This document shows, piece after piece, positions 11,848-22,524 of a stretch of DNA of 64,000 nt. Origin of the DNA: an uncultured Acidobacteriota bacterium (GTDB lineage Bacteria > Acidobacteriota > Terriglobia > UBA7540); the NCBI GenBank assembly GCA_963804995.1, contig CAWDSK010000003.1, positions 1,696,203 through 1,760,202 on the forward strand. The letters run 5' to 3'. The position numbers and the translations under genes are program-made. The notes beneath the pieces were generated by a model. It was not told where the DNA came from. It ran no database searches and saw only the letters and a list, made by a program, of their open reading frames with translations. Each line of letters begins with the position of its first letter. Positions within the stretch are counted from its first letter, which is position 1.

Positions 11848-12138
11848 ATGATGAATGTTGCACTGCCTCGCGACCTCGAGAAGCGCGTCAACGAAATTAT
11901 TGAGCGCGGTGATTTCGCCAGTTGAGATAAATTCTTCGAGGAAGCCGCCGAACTGCTTTTGCTCCTCCGGCACGGTGATGGAACGCCGGTTCCAGTGGAC
12001 GACCAATGGGAAAAGCGCGTGGAGGTTTTCATCGAGGAAGCCCAAGCCAGCGGAGAAGCCACTGAAATGACGGACCGCGACTGGGACGAGGTTGAGCATA
12101 CGGGGCTGAATCTCCTGCGGGCCAGGAAGAAGGCTTAA
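11848..12138 (+). pseudogene. ParD-like (RHH) antitoxin with in-frame TGA; no intact toxin downstream
   Basis: Manual translation MMNVALPRDLEKRVNEIIERGDFAS*DKFFEEAAELL...EAQASGEATEMTDRDWDEV...; TGA at 11923-11925. Promoter-like TTGAAA-N18-TACAAT at 11801-11830 and an RBS are present. Confidence 0.65.
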
Positions 12139-12295
12139 CCTGTCCAAGACTATGCCTCGAGTCTTGGCACCTGCATCGCCCCGCTAACCCCACCCGCAAA
12201 TAGCTCTTCGGCACCGAGAATTAGGAATGGCAAACAGCAAATGGGCAGCTTGCTGCTCGCCACTAACAACTATCCACTAGCCACTAACCACTGCT

Positions 12296-14935
12296 TTACT
12301 CGTACCGCAGCGCCACCATGGGATCGACCTTGGTCGCCCGGCGGGCGGGGATGTAACAGGCCAGGAGTGCGAGGCCCAATAATCCCAACGGCACCACCGC
12401 GAAGGTCGCTGGGTCGGTCGGTTGAACTTGGAAAAGCAGGCTGCTCATGAAATGCACCAGTGCCAAGGCTGCAACGCCCCCAATCGCCAGCCCGATGCCC
12501 GCCCGGAGGAGTCCCTGCGCCATCACTGACCGCAACACGTCGCCCTGCTGAGCCCCTAAGGCCATTAGTATGCCGAACTCGTGGGACCGCTGCGCCACCG
12601 AGTAGGCCATCACCCCATAGATCCCCACTCCCGCCAGAACCAGCGCCAGCGCGGCAAAGACAGCGAGCAGCGTCATCAGGAACTGCCTGGGTGCAGCCGG
12701 CTCTCCGGCGATTTGATCGAGGGGGCGAACATCTGCGATGGGGACCGCCTAATCGAGCGCCATAACCTCGTGGCGAATAGCTTGCGCTATGGCCAGGGGC
12801 TCTCCCGCGGTGCGCACCACGAAAAGTCGCGGATCAAGCAGCCAAGGGTATTGCCTGTATGGGATGTAAAGTTCCGGCTCAAACCCCACGTCCGGGCCCT
12901 CCGTCCGAACGTTCCCGGCGACGCCCACCACCGTAAGCCACGGCAGCTTGGGATCCGTTCCGGTTTTCAGACGCTTCCCGAGAGGATTCTGCCCCGGCCA
13001 ATACTGGCGCACGAGTTCCTCATTCACAATCACCACCCGCTGCGAGTCTTGAATATCGGCTTCGCTGAAGGCCCGTCCCTGCCGCAGAGGGATGCCCATC
13101 GTCCGGAAGTAGTTGGGGGCGACTATCAGGTAGTTGGCATCCGGCATATCTTCCGGGCGGGGGTTGGGGTTCTCCTCGATGACGAAACCCATGCCAGCCT
13201 GGTTTTCGATCGGCAGGCCGCTCGCAACGCTGGCGCACACGACCCCTGGCAAAGCCTCCACGCGCCCCAGGAGTTGTTCAAAGAACCTCGCCTTGCTGCG
13301 CTGCTCCTGGTACTGAGGCCCGCGCAATGGAATGCGCAAGGTCAGCACATTATGTGGGTTAAAGCCCAAGTTGAAATGCGTAATCCGCACGAGGGTCTTG
13401 ATCATCAACCCCGCGCCGATGACCAGCACGAACGCCAGGGCGAATTCCGCCGTGACCAGGAACCCGCGTAGGCGATGGCCGCGCCCACTCTCGGTGGAGC
13501 CTCGGCTGCTCCCCTTGAGCGAAGCGGTCAAGTCCGGCCGGGACATTCCCAAGGCCGGAGCCAGCCCGAAAAGAAATCCCGTGGCGATCGTGAGCAGCAA
13601 GGCAAAGCCAAGCACGCCACTATTGAGCGTGGCGGCGTCCAGGCCAGGCGCGACCAGGAATAGGGCCGAGGGAGACAGCGTCACGAGAGCCTTGGTCCCG
13701 CCGGACGCGATCAAAACCCCCAACCCTCCGCCGCAGAGGGCGACCAAAACACTCTCCGTAAGAAGCTGACGAAGCATCCGCGAGGAACTGGCGCCCAAGG
13801 CCGAACGCACGGCGATTTCTCTCTCGTGGCTTGCCGCGCGCGCCAGCAATAGGTTGGCGAGATTGACGCAGGCGATCAGCAGCACGAAGGCCACCGCCGC
13901 GACCAGCACCAGCAACACCGGTCTGGCACCACCCACAATCTGGTCGTGCATGCCGACAACGGCGACTCTCCAACCTTTGTTCTCCGGATACTGGCGCTCG
14001 ATGCGGCTGGCAATGGTATCCATCTCCACTTGCGCCTGCTTCAATGTGACGCCCGGCTTGAGTCGCGCCAGCGCCAGGAAGGCGTGCTCGGTACGCCCTC
14101 GGGGCCGCATATCCAGCCCAGGCACCCACACCTGGCCATGCACATTGAAGAAAGTGGTGTAGGCATCGGTAAAGTCTGGCGGCATGATTCCCACCACGGT
14201 GTGGCTGTGCCCATCAAGAGAAATCTGGCGGCCAATCACTTTGGGGTCGCCGCCGTAGTATCGCTGCCATAAACCATAACTGATGATGGCCACAGTAGGG
14301 CTGGACGGTTCATCATCGGCAGGGACGAATCCCCGGCCGCGCATGGGCGGAACGCCCAACAGCGTGAAGAGATTGGCAGTGACGTGTTCGCCGTCAATCT
14401 CCATGGGCTCGCCGACGCCGGTCAAATTGAAGGAAGTGGGGTCAACCGCCGCCATGTCGCTGAAAACCGTATTCTGCTGCCGCCAGTCGGCGAAGTTCGC
14501 CGCGGAAACAATATTCGTGGTCCAGCCGCGCGGGAGGTTCTGTTCCCAAACAAACACCAAGCGATCGGCTCCCCTGTAAGGAAGTGGGCGGAACAATACG
14601 GCGCTCACGACGCTGAAAATCGCCGTGTTCGCGCCGATGCCGAGTGCGAGCGTTAGTACGGCCACAGCAGTGAAACCGGGATTCTTGCGCAACTGGCGCG
14701 CGCCGTAGCGGAGGTCTTGTACGAAAGTTTCAAGCCAGCGAAGGCCCCACATGTCGCGCGTGGTCTCTTTGACTAGGGTAACGTTGCCGAATTCGCGGAC
14801 GGCTGAGGCTCTGGCTTGCTCGGGTGATTCGCCCTGTTCGGCATGTTCCTGTGCGGCCATGCGCAGATGAGCTTTAACTTCTTCGTCCAGCTCCCGTTCG
14901 TGCTGGCGGCGAAAAATCCAGTTCCAAAGATTCAT
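12296..14935 (-). pseudogene. ADOP-family ABC permease interrupted by an in-frame TAG
   Basis: ORFs 12749-14935 and 12296-12676 are in the same frame. Read-through gives VMALD*AVPIADVRPLDQIAGEPAAPRQFLMTLL...RATKVDPMVALRYE. Confidence 0.85.
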
Positions 14936-14992
14936 GGCTAACCTTCATCCGGTGCAGGAATCATCATGCCCGCGATGCTCCAAATATAACTG
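14724..14992. repeat. 269-bp direct repeat, copy 2
   Basis: Matches 11304-11572 with 2 mismatches. Confidence 0.95.
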
Positions 14993-15004
14993 TGCCGAAG
15001 GCAC

Positions 15005-15115
15005 CTTGGAGTGCGGTAGCAGCAGCTACCGCCTTGCCTCCATACCTATTTGCCGCTTGAATCACCTATTTGCGGCATGAAGCGAAGGCGGTAGCTGCTG
15101 CTACCGCACTCCAAG
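15005..15115. repeat. REPIN-like element
   Basis: 31-bp arms at 15005-15035 and 15085-15115 are identical to those at 11577-11683; the spacer differs. Confidence 0.85.
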
Positions 15116-15199
15116 ACGCGGCGCGTTCGCATTCTGATGTTTTGGGCCGAGCGCCGCCCCGGCGCCAGAAGCCGGCTCTGGGGCGCAGGGCGCTCGGCC

Positions 15200-15565
15200 C
15201 TACGCTCCTTCGTCGGGGGCGGGTTTCATGATCCCCGCGATGGCGTTGACAATCTGCTCCCAGCGGGATTGCTCAGAGACCAACTGCCTCTTGCCCGCCG
15301 GGGTCAGGCGATAGAACTTGGCGCGCTGGTTGCTCTCCGTCTGCTTCCATTGCAACGTCACCCATCGCTGCCTCTCCAGGCGATGCAGCGCCGGGTAAAG
15401 CGAGCCAGTCTCAACTTTCAGGACTTCGCCGGAGCGTCCCCCAATCGACTGGCTGATCCCGTAGCCGTGCTGCGGCCCCCACTGCAAGGTTTGGAGGATC
15501 AGCATGTCCAGCGTGCCTTGCAGCAACTCAATACGATTCTGATAACGTTCCCTTTTGGGTTTCAT
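15200..15565 (-). CDS. PadR-family transcriptional regulator (Acidobacterial type)
   Basis: LLQGTLDMLIL, HGYGI, GSLYPALHRLE, RAKFYRLTPAG. Confidence 0.93.
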   Translation of the reverse strand: MKPKRERYQNRIELLQGTLDMLILQTLQWGPQHGYGISQSIGGRSGEVLKVETGSLYPALHRLERQRWVTLQWKQTESNQRAKFYRLTPAGKRQLVSEQSRWEQIVNAIAGIMKPAPDEGA

Positions 15566-15567
15566 GA

Positions 15568-15603
15568 TGTAGGGAATCTACACCCCAGGAAGTAGGTTGT
15601 CAA
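15568..15603 (-). promoter_or_regulatory. Sigma70-like promoter of padR with overlapping palindrome (candidate PadR operator)
   Basis: Minus strand TTGACA-N17-TAGATT. TGTAG-N5-CTACA palindrome at 15568-15582 overlaps the -10; no RBS before the ATG, so nearly leaderless. Confidence 0.65.
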
Positions 15604-15911
15604 CACCCTCGGCGGGGAATTTGATGGGATCAGGTTCGGGAGTCACCTGAGCGCAACGAATGACCCCCTCACCCGTCCCGCCCCGGCTGATGAAAACGCC
15701 GGCGGCGGTCCACCCTCTCCCCCAAAGGGGCGAGGGCTAGGAGTCTTCAGTTGTCAGAACCCTACGCCACTGTTGGGAAGAGAGTTATGAAGTCAAATCA
15801 GCACCGTCGCGCAGCACGGCCGGTTTTGCGTTTTGCGCTTTGCGTTTTGACTTTCTTTTACGAGTCGGCTGCACCTCGTTGTAAAGGTCTGCCGCCTTCA
15901 ACTACGAACGC

Positions 15912-17171
15912 TCAAGGCAGGCCCACCCAGGCGCGGAAATTGCCGGAGAACATGCGCGTGACGTCGCGGTCAATCATCTGCCGCGTCACACCGTAGCCTT
16001 CCGCGAGCAGGCGGGAATAGGATTTGTAAACCGCGCGGGAAATGGCACGGCGGGCGTGCGCCCACTTGTAGGGCAACTGCTCCAGCACCCGCGCGTCAGA
16101 GTGCTGCGGAATGAACGTCGAGCCCAACAGTTCCAGGCGCTCGGTGGTAATCTCTTCCACGATCGACGGCGTATTCATGAACCACCAGCACCCGAACGGC
16201 ATCAGGTTGCTGAATTTCCGTGCCGCCACGCACAGGGCATGCTGATTCTCTCGCGACAGCATGGTCACGAGGAACCGCACGCGGGGGTTCTCCTGGCAGA
16301 TCCGCTCAACCGCTCCGGTATCGGCGTACCCCAAGCTGTCGCCGGCGTCGCGCAATTCGGGGTTCGCTCCCCGAGCCACGCCGATCATCATGGCGAAAGG
16401 CAGGTTGTGTTCGAGGCAGGTGGGAAAGACCACCTCACGCATTAAGCGGGCGCGCGGAGAGTCCTCCGGGTAGGTGAAACTGAAGGGCAGCGAGACCGCG
16501 GCATAAACAGGGCGCAGGCGGGCAATCCAAAGGTCAAGGAAGCGGCGAGCCTCAGCGTTGCTGTGCGGCGACAAGCGGGAACTGGTCTTAAAACCCTGGT
16601 CGGCAATCAGAGCGCAAGTCGACTTCCAATCGTTGAGGAGAGGATCCAGCCGCAGGGCGCGATGGAATTTTGCCGGACACGATTCCTGCCGTTCCCACAG
16701 CTTCTTTTCCTGGGCGTTAAAAGGATCATTGGTCATCACCAGTTCCGAAACGCCGGCGAGGTCCAGGATGTGCTCGACGTGGCTGTCGATGTTGACCGAT
16801 GCGAAGTAGCGACGCGCATCTTTAAGGTTCGGCTGAGAGGGATCAAGCCCCAACCTTTTCATGACCGTCACCACGCCCCCCGTCGCTTCAGAAATCGGAG
16901 TGTTCTTTACGAAGAGGGTATCCCAGATGAGGTCCGCCTGCTGAGGTTTCGAGAGCGCCCAGAAATCGCGCGGGGCGACCAGCGCCGAGCGGAAGAGTTC
17001 TGCCACCAGGTAATGATACGTAAGGAGCCCATCGATTCCCCAAAGGCACAACCCACCGAAACTGGGGGGATAAAGGTGCGTGTGGATGTCGATCACCTTG
17101 GTCCGCTCGACCGCCTCCTCAACATTCCGCTGCAGGTCTGCAGGATTTGAAATTTCGCCAGCTTGGGCCAT
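15912..17171 (-). CDS. uxaC: Uronate (glucuronate) isomerase, amidohydrolase superfamily
   Basis: DIHTHL, LLTYHYLVAE, MTNDPF, FGCWWF, QHSDARVLEQL. Confidence 0.8.
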   Translation of the reverse strand: MAQAGEISNPADLQRNVEEAVERTKVIDIHTHLYPPSFGGLCLWGIDGLLTYHYLVAELFRSALVAPRDFWALSKPQQADLIWDTLFVKNTPISEATGGVVTVMKRLGLDPSQPNLKDARRYFASVNIDSHVEHILDLAGVSELVMTNDPFNAQEKKLWERQESCPAKFHRALRLDPLLNDWKSTCALIADQGFKTSSRLSPHSNAEARRFLDLWIARLRPVYAAVSLPFSFTYPEDSPRARLMREVVFPTCLEHNLPFAMMIGVARGANPELRDAGDSLGYADTGAVERICQENPRVRFLVTMLSRENQHALCVAARKFSNLMPFGCWWFMNTPSIVEEITTERLELLGSTFIPQHSDARVLEQLPYKWAHARRAISRAVYKSYSRLLAEGYGVTRQMIDRDVTRMFSGNFRAWVGLP

Positions 17172-17269
17172 GGGGTATCTCCCTCAGGATTGACGATCGT
17201 TTCGAGCAGCGCCACGTAATCCCCTGCTGGTCCGCAGCGCGACTCGATGGAAGCAGGGGGATTTGGGAC

Positions 17270-17362
<93 letters not shown>

Positions 17363-17460
17363 GCTCTTTTGGTTCAACAGCTTAGCACGACTCACCCCGC
17401 TTGTCGAGCTTTCCGCTAACAGTTACGCTAACAATTTGGGATAAATCGTCCTGACTTTCC

Positions 17461-17870
17461 TTACCCAGCCCCCAGGAGCCGAGAAGCTACATTTGCAGCC
17501 TCGCGTTCCCCTTCCCTGTCGGACTCGATATACCAATCCGCGGTCGTTTGCCAGCGTGAGTGACCCAATCTGTTCTGGATGACCTTGATCGGCACACCAG
17601 CCCGGTAGAGCATGGTTCCCGACCAGTGCCGCAGTTGATGCCAAGTGAGGTGTATCCCAGTCTTCGCCGCGGCTTTCTGTAACCCGCAGCGAAGGGCGTT
17701 CTGCTCGGTCATGGGCCGGTCCGGGTGTTTGGGATGAGCAAACACCAAGTCGTTTTCTGTGCTGTTAGGAGACAGCGACTTGAGTTGCTTGAGCCTGGAG
17801 ATCTCCGCCTCGGTCAGGTAGAGAGGTTTCTTGCTGCGATGGCCTTTGGTCAGGTGCTCTTCCCCGGCGC
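17461..17870 (-). pseudogene. Tyrosine integrase C-terminal fragment
   Basis: HQLRH, LGHS, TADWY catalytic motifs. The frame extends upstream (EEHLTKGHRSKKPLYL) to about 17870, where it meets yeiH-like sequence. Adjacent to the tRNA. Confidence 0.8.
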
Positions 17871-18721
17871 TGCTGGCCGGACTGATCTACGGCCTGTCGT
17901 TCGCACATCCCTATCATCTCGATTCCAAAAGGCTCTCCGCGTTTCTATTGCAAGCCTCGGTCGTGGCGTTGGGTTTTGGAATGAATCTGCATGAGGTGGT
18001 GCGGGCGGGCCGGAGCGGATTCATGTACACCGCAATCAGTATCAGCTTTGCCATGCTCCTCGGTCTCGGCATCGGGTATTTGTTCAAGGTTCACCGCACG
18101 TTGTCGTTCCTGATCTGTGCGGGCACCGCCATATGTGGCGGCAGCGCGATTGCCGCCGTGGGACCCTTCTTGAACGCGGGGGAAGAGGAGATGGCGGTAT
18201 CGCTCGGAACCGTGTTTGTGCTGAATTCGGTTGCCCTGTTTCTCTTCCCCGTCATCGGGTACGCTCTTCACCTCACGCAGTCGCAATTCGGATTATGGTC
18301 CGCACTCGCCATCCACGACACCAGTTCCGTGGTGGGCGCAACCGCAAAATACGGGGCCCAGGCGTTGATGATCGGGACTACAATCAAGCTGGCCAGAGCG
18401 CTGTGGATCGTTCCTTTGGCGTTTATGGTGGCAATCTTGAGAAAGAGCAAGACCCGCGTCAGGTGGCCCTGGTTTATCCTGCTTTTCTGTCTTGCTGCGG
18501 TTGCCAGCACCTTTCTGCCTTGGTTCGGCCCGCTGTACCCCCGGCTTAGCGCGCTGGGAAAAACGGGATTGACGGTTACGCTCTATCTGATTGGCACAGG
18601 GATTTCAAAATCAACGCTGAAACAAGTTGGCGTGCGCCCCCTCGTGCAGGGGATTCTGCTTTGGGCGATTGTGGCGATGGCTTCTCTTACCCTCATCCGC
18701 TTCGGGCTCGTCTCAATCTGA
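17860..18721 (+). pseudogene. YeiH / putative sulfate exporter family protein, 5'-truncated
   Basis: LLQASVVALGFG, GTAICGGSAIAA, AIHDTSSVVGA, KLARALWI. No credible start codon or RBS; the N-terminus is replaced by integrase sequence. Confidence 0.7.
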
Positions 18722-18763
18722 TCGGCTCCCAGAGGAAGCAGCCTGCCCCCTTGATCAGAGCCT

Positions 18764-18958
18764 TCAACCGCCACCCGAAGGGGCACAGGCGCCGCCGGCA
18801 GACTTGCTTGTGGTGCCGCCGGTGGCAAATGCCGAGAACTTCTGTTCGACCCGCTTCCATCCGCAATTGGGGCACTCAGGCAGGTCCTGGTTGCGGGTCA
18901 ACACGAGTTTTTCGAAGACATGTCCGCAGTGGGAACATGCGTATTCAAATATGGGCAT
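18764..18958 (-). CDS. FmdB-family zinc-ribbon protein
   Basis: MPIFEYACSHCGHVFE...CPNCG. Confidence 0.85.
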   Translation of the reverse strand: MPIFEYACSHCGHVFEKLVLTRNQDLPECPNCGWKRVEQKFSAFATGGTTSKSAGGACAPSGGG

Positions 18959-19049
18959 AGGCCTCTCCCTAAAGGAAGTGACTAGAGTAGCAACCAGAGA
19001 CAAGTGACGGGCAATCCTTTCTGCTTGTCACTCGTCACGTGTCACAGTC

Positions 19050-19238
19050 CTACGGCTTCACGCCGATCTTCCGCAGGAAGGTCATCATCGGGCACCAGTT
19101 CGTAAAGGCCGACTGGAGCAGATTGAGTCCCACGAAAGCTGTAAAGAGATACCATTTCGGGCTTACCCAGTAACCCAAGGCCAGGGAAGCCAGAACAAAC
19201 GATCCTGCAACCATCCGTAACCATCGATTCAAATCCAT
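19050..19238 (-). CDS. DUF2892 (YgaP-like) membrane protein
   Basis: LRMVAG...FVGLNLLQSAFTNWCPM. Confidence 0.88.
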   Translation of the reverse strand: MDLNRWLRMVAGSFVLASLALGYWVSPKWYLFTAFVGLNLLQSAFTNWCPMMTFLRKIGVKP

Positions 19239-19290
19239 GATGTTTCCTCCTCAGTGTTATGTGAAAGCGGGCAACCGTTGCTATCGCCGA

Positions 19291-22200
19291 TCACGGCGCC
19301 ACACTTTCGCCGGCAGATTTTTTCTCTTCGTTCCGCGCGTTCAGGTAAAAGAGCACCGGCACCGCCATGCGCGAAAGGAATGTCGATGCCACCTCGCCCG
19401 CCATCAAAGAAATCGCGAGCCCCTGAAAGATCGGATCAAAAAGGATGACGAAAGCCCCGGCCACCACCGCTGCTGCCGTTAACAGCATGGGCCGGAAGCG
19501 GATGGCGCCGGCGTCCACCACGGCTTCCGCGAGCGCCATCCCTTGCTTGCGGCGTAGTTCGATGAAGTCCACCAGGATGATGGAATTACGCACAATGATT
19601 CCTGCCCCGGCAATGAAGCCGATGATGGTGGTCGCCGTCAGAAACGCGCCCATCAAGGCGTGCGCAGGAATGATTCCGATAAGTGTGAGCGGGATCGGCG
19701 CCATGATCACCAGTGGGATTCGGAAGGATTGGAACCACGCCACCACGATGACGTAGATCAGTACGAGGACGACGGCGAATGCAAATCCCAGGTCGCGGAA
19801 GACTTCGTAGGTGATTTGCCACTCCCCGTCCCACTTCATGCTTACCTGGTCGGTGAGGAACGGCAGGTGCGTGGCGTAGCGCTCAACGGAGTAACCGCCG
19901 GGGCCGTGGATCTTGTCGAGCGACTTGGAGAGGCTGAGAATCGCATACACCGGACTTTCCTCTTTCCCTGCCACGTCGCCCGTCACGTACACGACGCGCT
20001 TCAAATTCTTGTGATAGATGGAGGTTTCGATCGAGCCGGTCTCAACATGGGTCAACTCGCCGAGCGGCACGAGAGCGCCGGTGGTAGACGCCACACGAAT
20101 TTCACCGAGGCCGGTCGGGCTGCTGCGGTCCGCCCGGGGAACTTCCAGCACGATGTCGACGTCTTCTTTCTCTTTGGGCTGATGCGCCAGGCCAACCACC
20201 GCGCCGCTTACGGCCAGGCGCAGCGTTTGCGCTATCTGGTCAGCGGAGACGCCCGCCAGCGCCGCCTTCTCTTTATCCAGCACAAAGCGGTATTGCGGCT
20301 GGGGTGCCTCCACGGTCCAATCCACGTCCACTACGCCGGGAGTCTTCTTGAATTCGTCGCGAATCTGCCTCGCAATATCAATCTGCTGGGTGTATTCAGG
20401 GCCATAAACTTCCGCCACCAGGGTCTGATACACCGGTGGGCCGGGGGGAATTTCCGCCACTTTCAGTTTGGCCCCGTATTTCTCCCCAATGGGCACAATG
20501 GCGTCGCGCACCCGCTTGGAGATATCGTGGCTTTGCGCGGAACGCTCTTCCTTGGGGAGCAGGTTCACCTGAATGTCCGCCTCGTTTGCTCCTTGCCGCA
20601 AGAAATAGTGACGCACCAGCCCGTTGAAGTTATAAGGACTGGCCGTGCCCGCATACACCTGGTAATTGACCACCTCCGGCTCCTGGGCCACGCGGCGCGC
20701 CACCTCACGCGCCACGCGCGTTGTCTGCTCGAGCGTTGTCCCCTCCGGCATGTCGATGATCACCTGGAACTCGCTCTTGTTGTCGAAGGGAAGCATCTTG
20801 ACGCGCACAATCTTGAGAAGCGGAAGTGTGAACACGGACAGAAGCAGGAGCACTACTCCCACCAGGAACATGGTACGCTTGCGCGCATCGATGAGCAGCG
20901 GCATCATCAGCCGCCGGTAGAAACGGGTCGTCCAGCCTTCCTGCCCCTCTTCGCTTTCCCCGTGACCGGCTTTTGCGTTCGCGAGCATGCGCAGCGCCGC
21001 CCAGGGAGAAATGATGAAGGCGATGAAAAGCGAGAACAACATGGCGAGTGACGCACCGATGGGAATGGGCCGCATGTAGGGTCCCATCAGTCCGCCGACA
21101 AACGCCATGGGCAGGATGGCGGCGATGACGGTCCAGGTGGCGAGGGTGGTGGGATTGCCAACTTCATCCACCGCCTCCACCGCGACGTCCGCCAGGGGAC
21201 GCCCTTTATTTTCCGGGAGGTGGAAGTGCCGGGTGATGTTCTCCACCACCACAATGGCGTCGTCCACCAAGATGCCAATGGAGAAGATCAGCGCGAAAAG
21301 GGTGACGCGGTTCAGCGTGTAGCCATAGATGAAATAGATGAACAAGGTCAGTGCCAGGGTGACTGGCACGGCAGCGAGCACCACCATCGAAGACCGCCAT
21401 CCGAGTGCCAGGGCAATCAGCAGGGTTACGGACAGGGTGGCGAGCAGAAGGTGCTTCAATAATTCGTTGGATTTTTCCTGGGCTGTCGCGCCGTAATTCC
21501 GCGTGATCGTCACTTCGACACCAGATGGAATCAAAGTCCCTTTCAGACTTTGCACTTTTTCGATGGCGCGCTCGGCAACTACCACAGCGTTCTTACCCTT
21601 GCGCTTGGAAACGGTGAGCGTGACGGCTGGCGACTCTCCCAGGGAGCCGGCTGATTTCACCTTGGCTCCAGCGCCTGTGCCGAAGAGGACGTAGTTGGCG
21701 GGCTCCTCTGGGCCATCACGAATCTCGGCCACATCGCGCAGATAGACCGGGCGGCCGGAGGATGCACCCACCACCACGCCCCCCACGTCGTCGGCGTTGC
21801 GGAGGAAGTCGCCGGTCTCGACGTCGTACTCCTCATTGGCCGCCGCAAACTCACCGACCTGAAGGCGCTGGTTGGCTCGGCCGATCGTACCCATGAGCGC
21901 GGCGGGAGCAACGCCATAACCAGCCATCCGGCTGGGATTGAGCAGCACGCGAATCTGCCGCCGTTCGCCGCCGATCACCTTTGTTTCCGAGACATCATCA
22001 ATGCTCTTGATCTCGCGATCCACTTCGCTGGCCACGCGGCGCAGCGTGTAGCTGTCGTAGCGGTTGCTCCAGAAAGTGAGCGCCAGAATGGGAACGTCAT
22101 CGATGGAGCGGGGCTTGATGATCGGCTTCGAGGCGCCGGGCGGAATCTGGTCGAAGTGTGAATAGAGTTTGTTGTAGAGCTTGATGATGGAGTCTTCTTC

Positions 22201-22524
22201 TTTTTCGCCCACCTTGAACCGCACGATGGCCATGCTGAGCCCCGGCCGCGTGGTGGAGTAGACGTACTCGACGCCGGGGATCTCCCAAATGAGCTTTTCC
22301 ATCGGCGTGGTGACGCGCTGCTCAACTTCCTGCGCGGAGGAGCCGGGCATCTCCACGAAAACGTCCATCATGGGAACGACGATTTGTGGCTCTTCCTCGC
22401 GGGGCGTCTGAAGCACGGCAAACGCTCCCAGCAAGATCGAAAACACCATGATGAGCGGGGTGAGCTTGGAGTTGATGAAGTAGTGGGCGATGCGCCCGGC
22501 GAAGCCGAGCTGGCGCGCGCTCAT
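19291..22524 (-). CDS. RND efflux permease (AcrB/CusA family)
   Basis: 1077 aa; [30 protein letters not shown]. Confidence 0.93.
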   Translation of the reverse strand: MSARQLGFAGRIAHYFINSKLTPLIMVFSILLGAFAVLQTPREEEPQIVVPMMDVFVEMPGSSAQEVEQRVTTPMEKLIWEIPGVEYVYSTTRPGLSMAIVRFKVGEKEEDSIIKLYNKLYSHFDQIPPGASKPIIKPRSIDDVPILALTFWSNRYDSYTLRRVASEVDREIKSIDDVSETKVIGGERRQIRVLLNPSRMAGYGVAPAALMGTIGRANQRLQVGEFAAANEEYDVETGDFLRNADDVGGVVVGASSGRPVYLRDVAEIRDGPEEPANYVLFGTGAGAKVKSAGSLGESPAVTLTVSKRKGKNAVVVAERAIEKVQSLKGTLIPSGVEVTITRNYGATAQEKSNELLKHLLLATLSVTLLIALALGWRSSMVVLAAVPVTLALTLFIYFIYGYTLNRVTLFALIFSIGILVDDAIVVVENITRHFHLPENKGRPLADVAVEAVDEVGNPTTLATWTVIAAILPMAFVGGLMGPYMRPIPIGASLAMLFSLFIAFIISPWAALRMLANAKAGHGESEEGQEGWTTRFYRRLMMPLLIDARKRTMFLVGVVLLLLSVFTLPLLKIVRVKMLPFDNKSEFQVIIDMPEGTTLEQTTRVAREVARRVAQEPEVVNYQVYAGTASPYNFNGLVRHYFLRQGANEADIQVNLLPKEERSAQSHDISKRVRDAIVPIGEKYGAKLKVAEIPPGPPVYQTLVAEVYGPEYTQQIDIARQIRDEFKKTPGVVDVDWTVEAPQPQYRFVLDKEKAALAGVSADQIAQTLRLAVSGAVVGLAHQPKEKEDVDIVLEVPRADRSSPTGLGEIRVASTTGALVPLGELTHVETGSIETSIYHKNLKRVVYVTGDVAGKEESPVYAILSLSKSLDKIHGPGGYSVERYATHLPFLTDQVSMKWDGEWQITYEVFRDLGFAFAVVLVLIYVIVVAWFQSFRIPLVIMAPIPLTLIGIIPAHALMGAFLTATTIIGFIAGAGIIVRNSIILVDFIELRRKQGMALAEAVVDAGAIRFRPMLLTAAAVVAGAFVILFDPIFQGLAISLMAGEVASTFLSRMAVPVLFYLNARNEEKKSAGESVAP

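Noticed and set aside
11923..11925. In-frame TGA as a second selenocysteine
   Set aside because: Not a Cys/redox position in an RHH antitoxin and no convincing SECIS; more likely a CGA>TGA mutation.
12749..12751. TAG as pyrrolysine or an alternative genetic code
   Set aside because: TAG is used as a normal stop elsewhere in the window (e.g. aprB, aprA) and no pyl genes are seen.
8825..15115. Repeats as a CRISPR array or integron attC sites
   Set aside because: No regular repeat-spacer periodicity, no cas genes, no RYYYAAC/GTTRRRY cores and no integron integrase.
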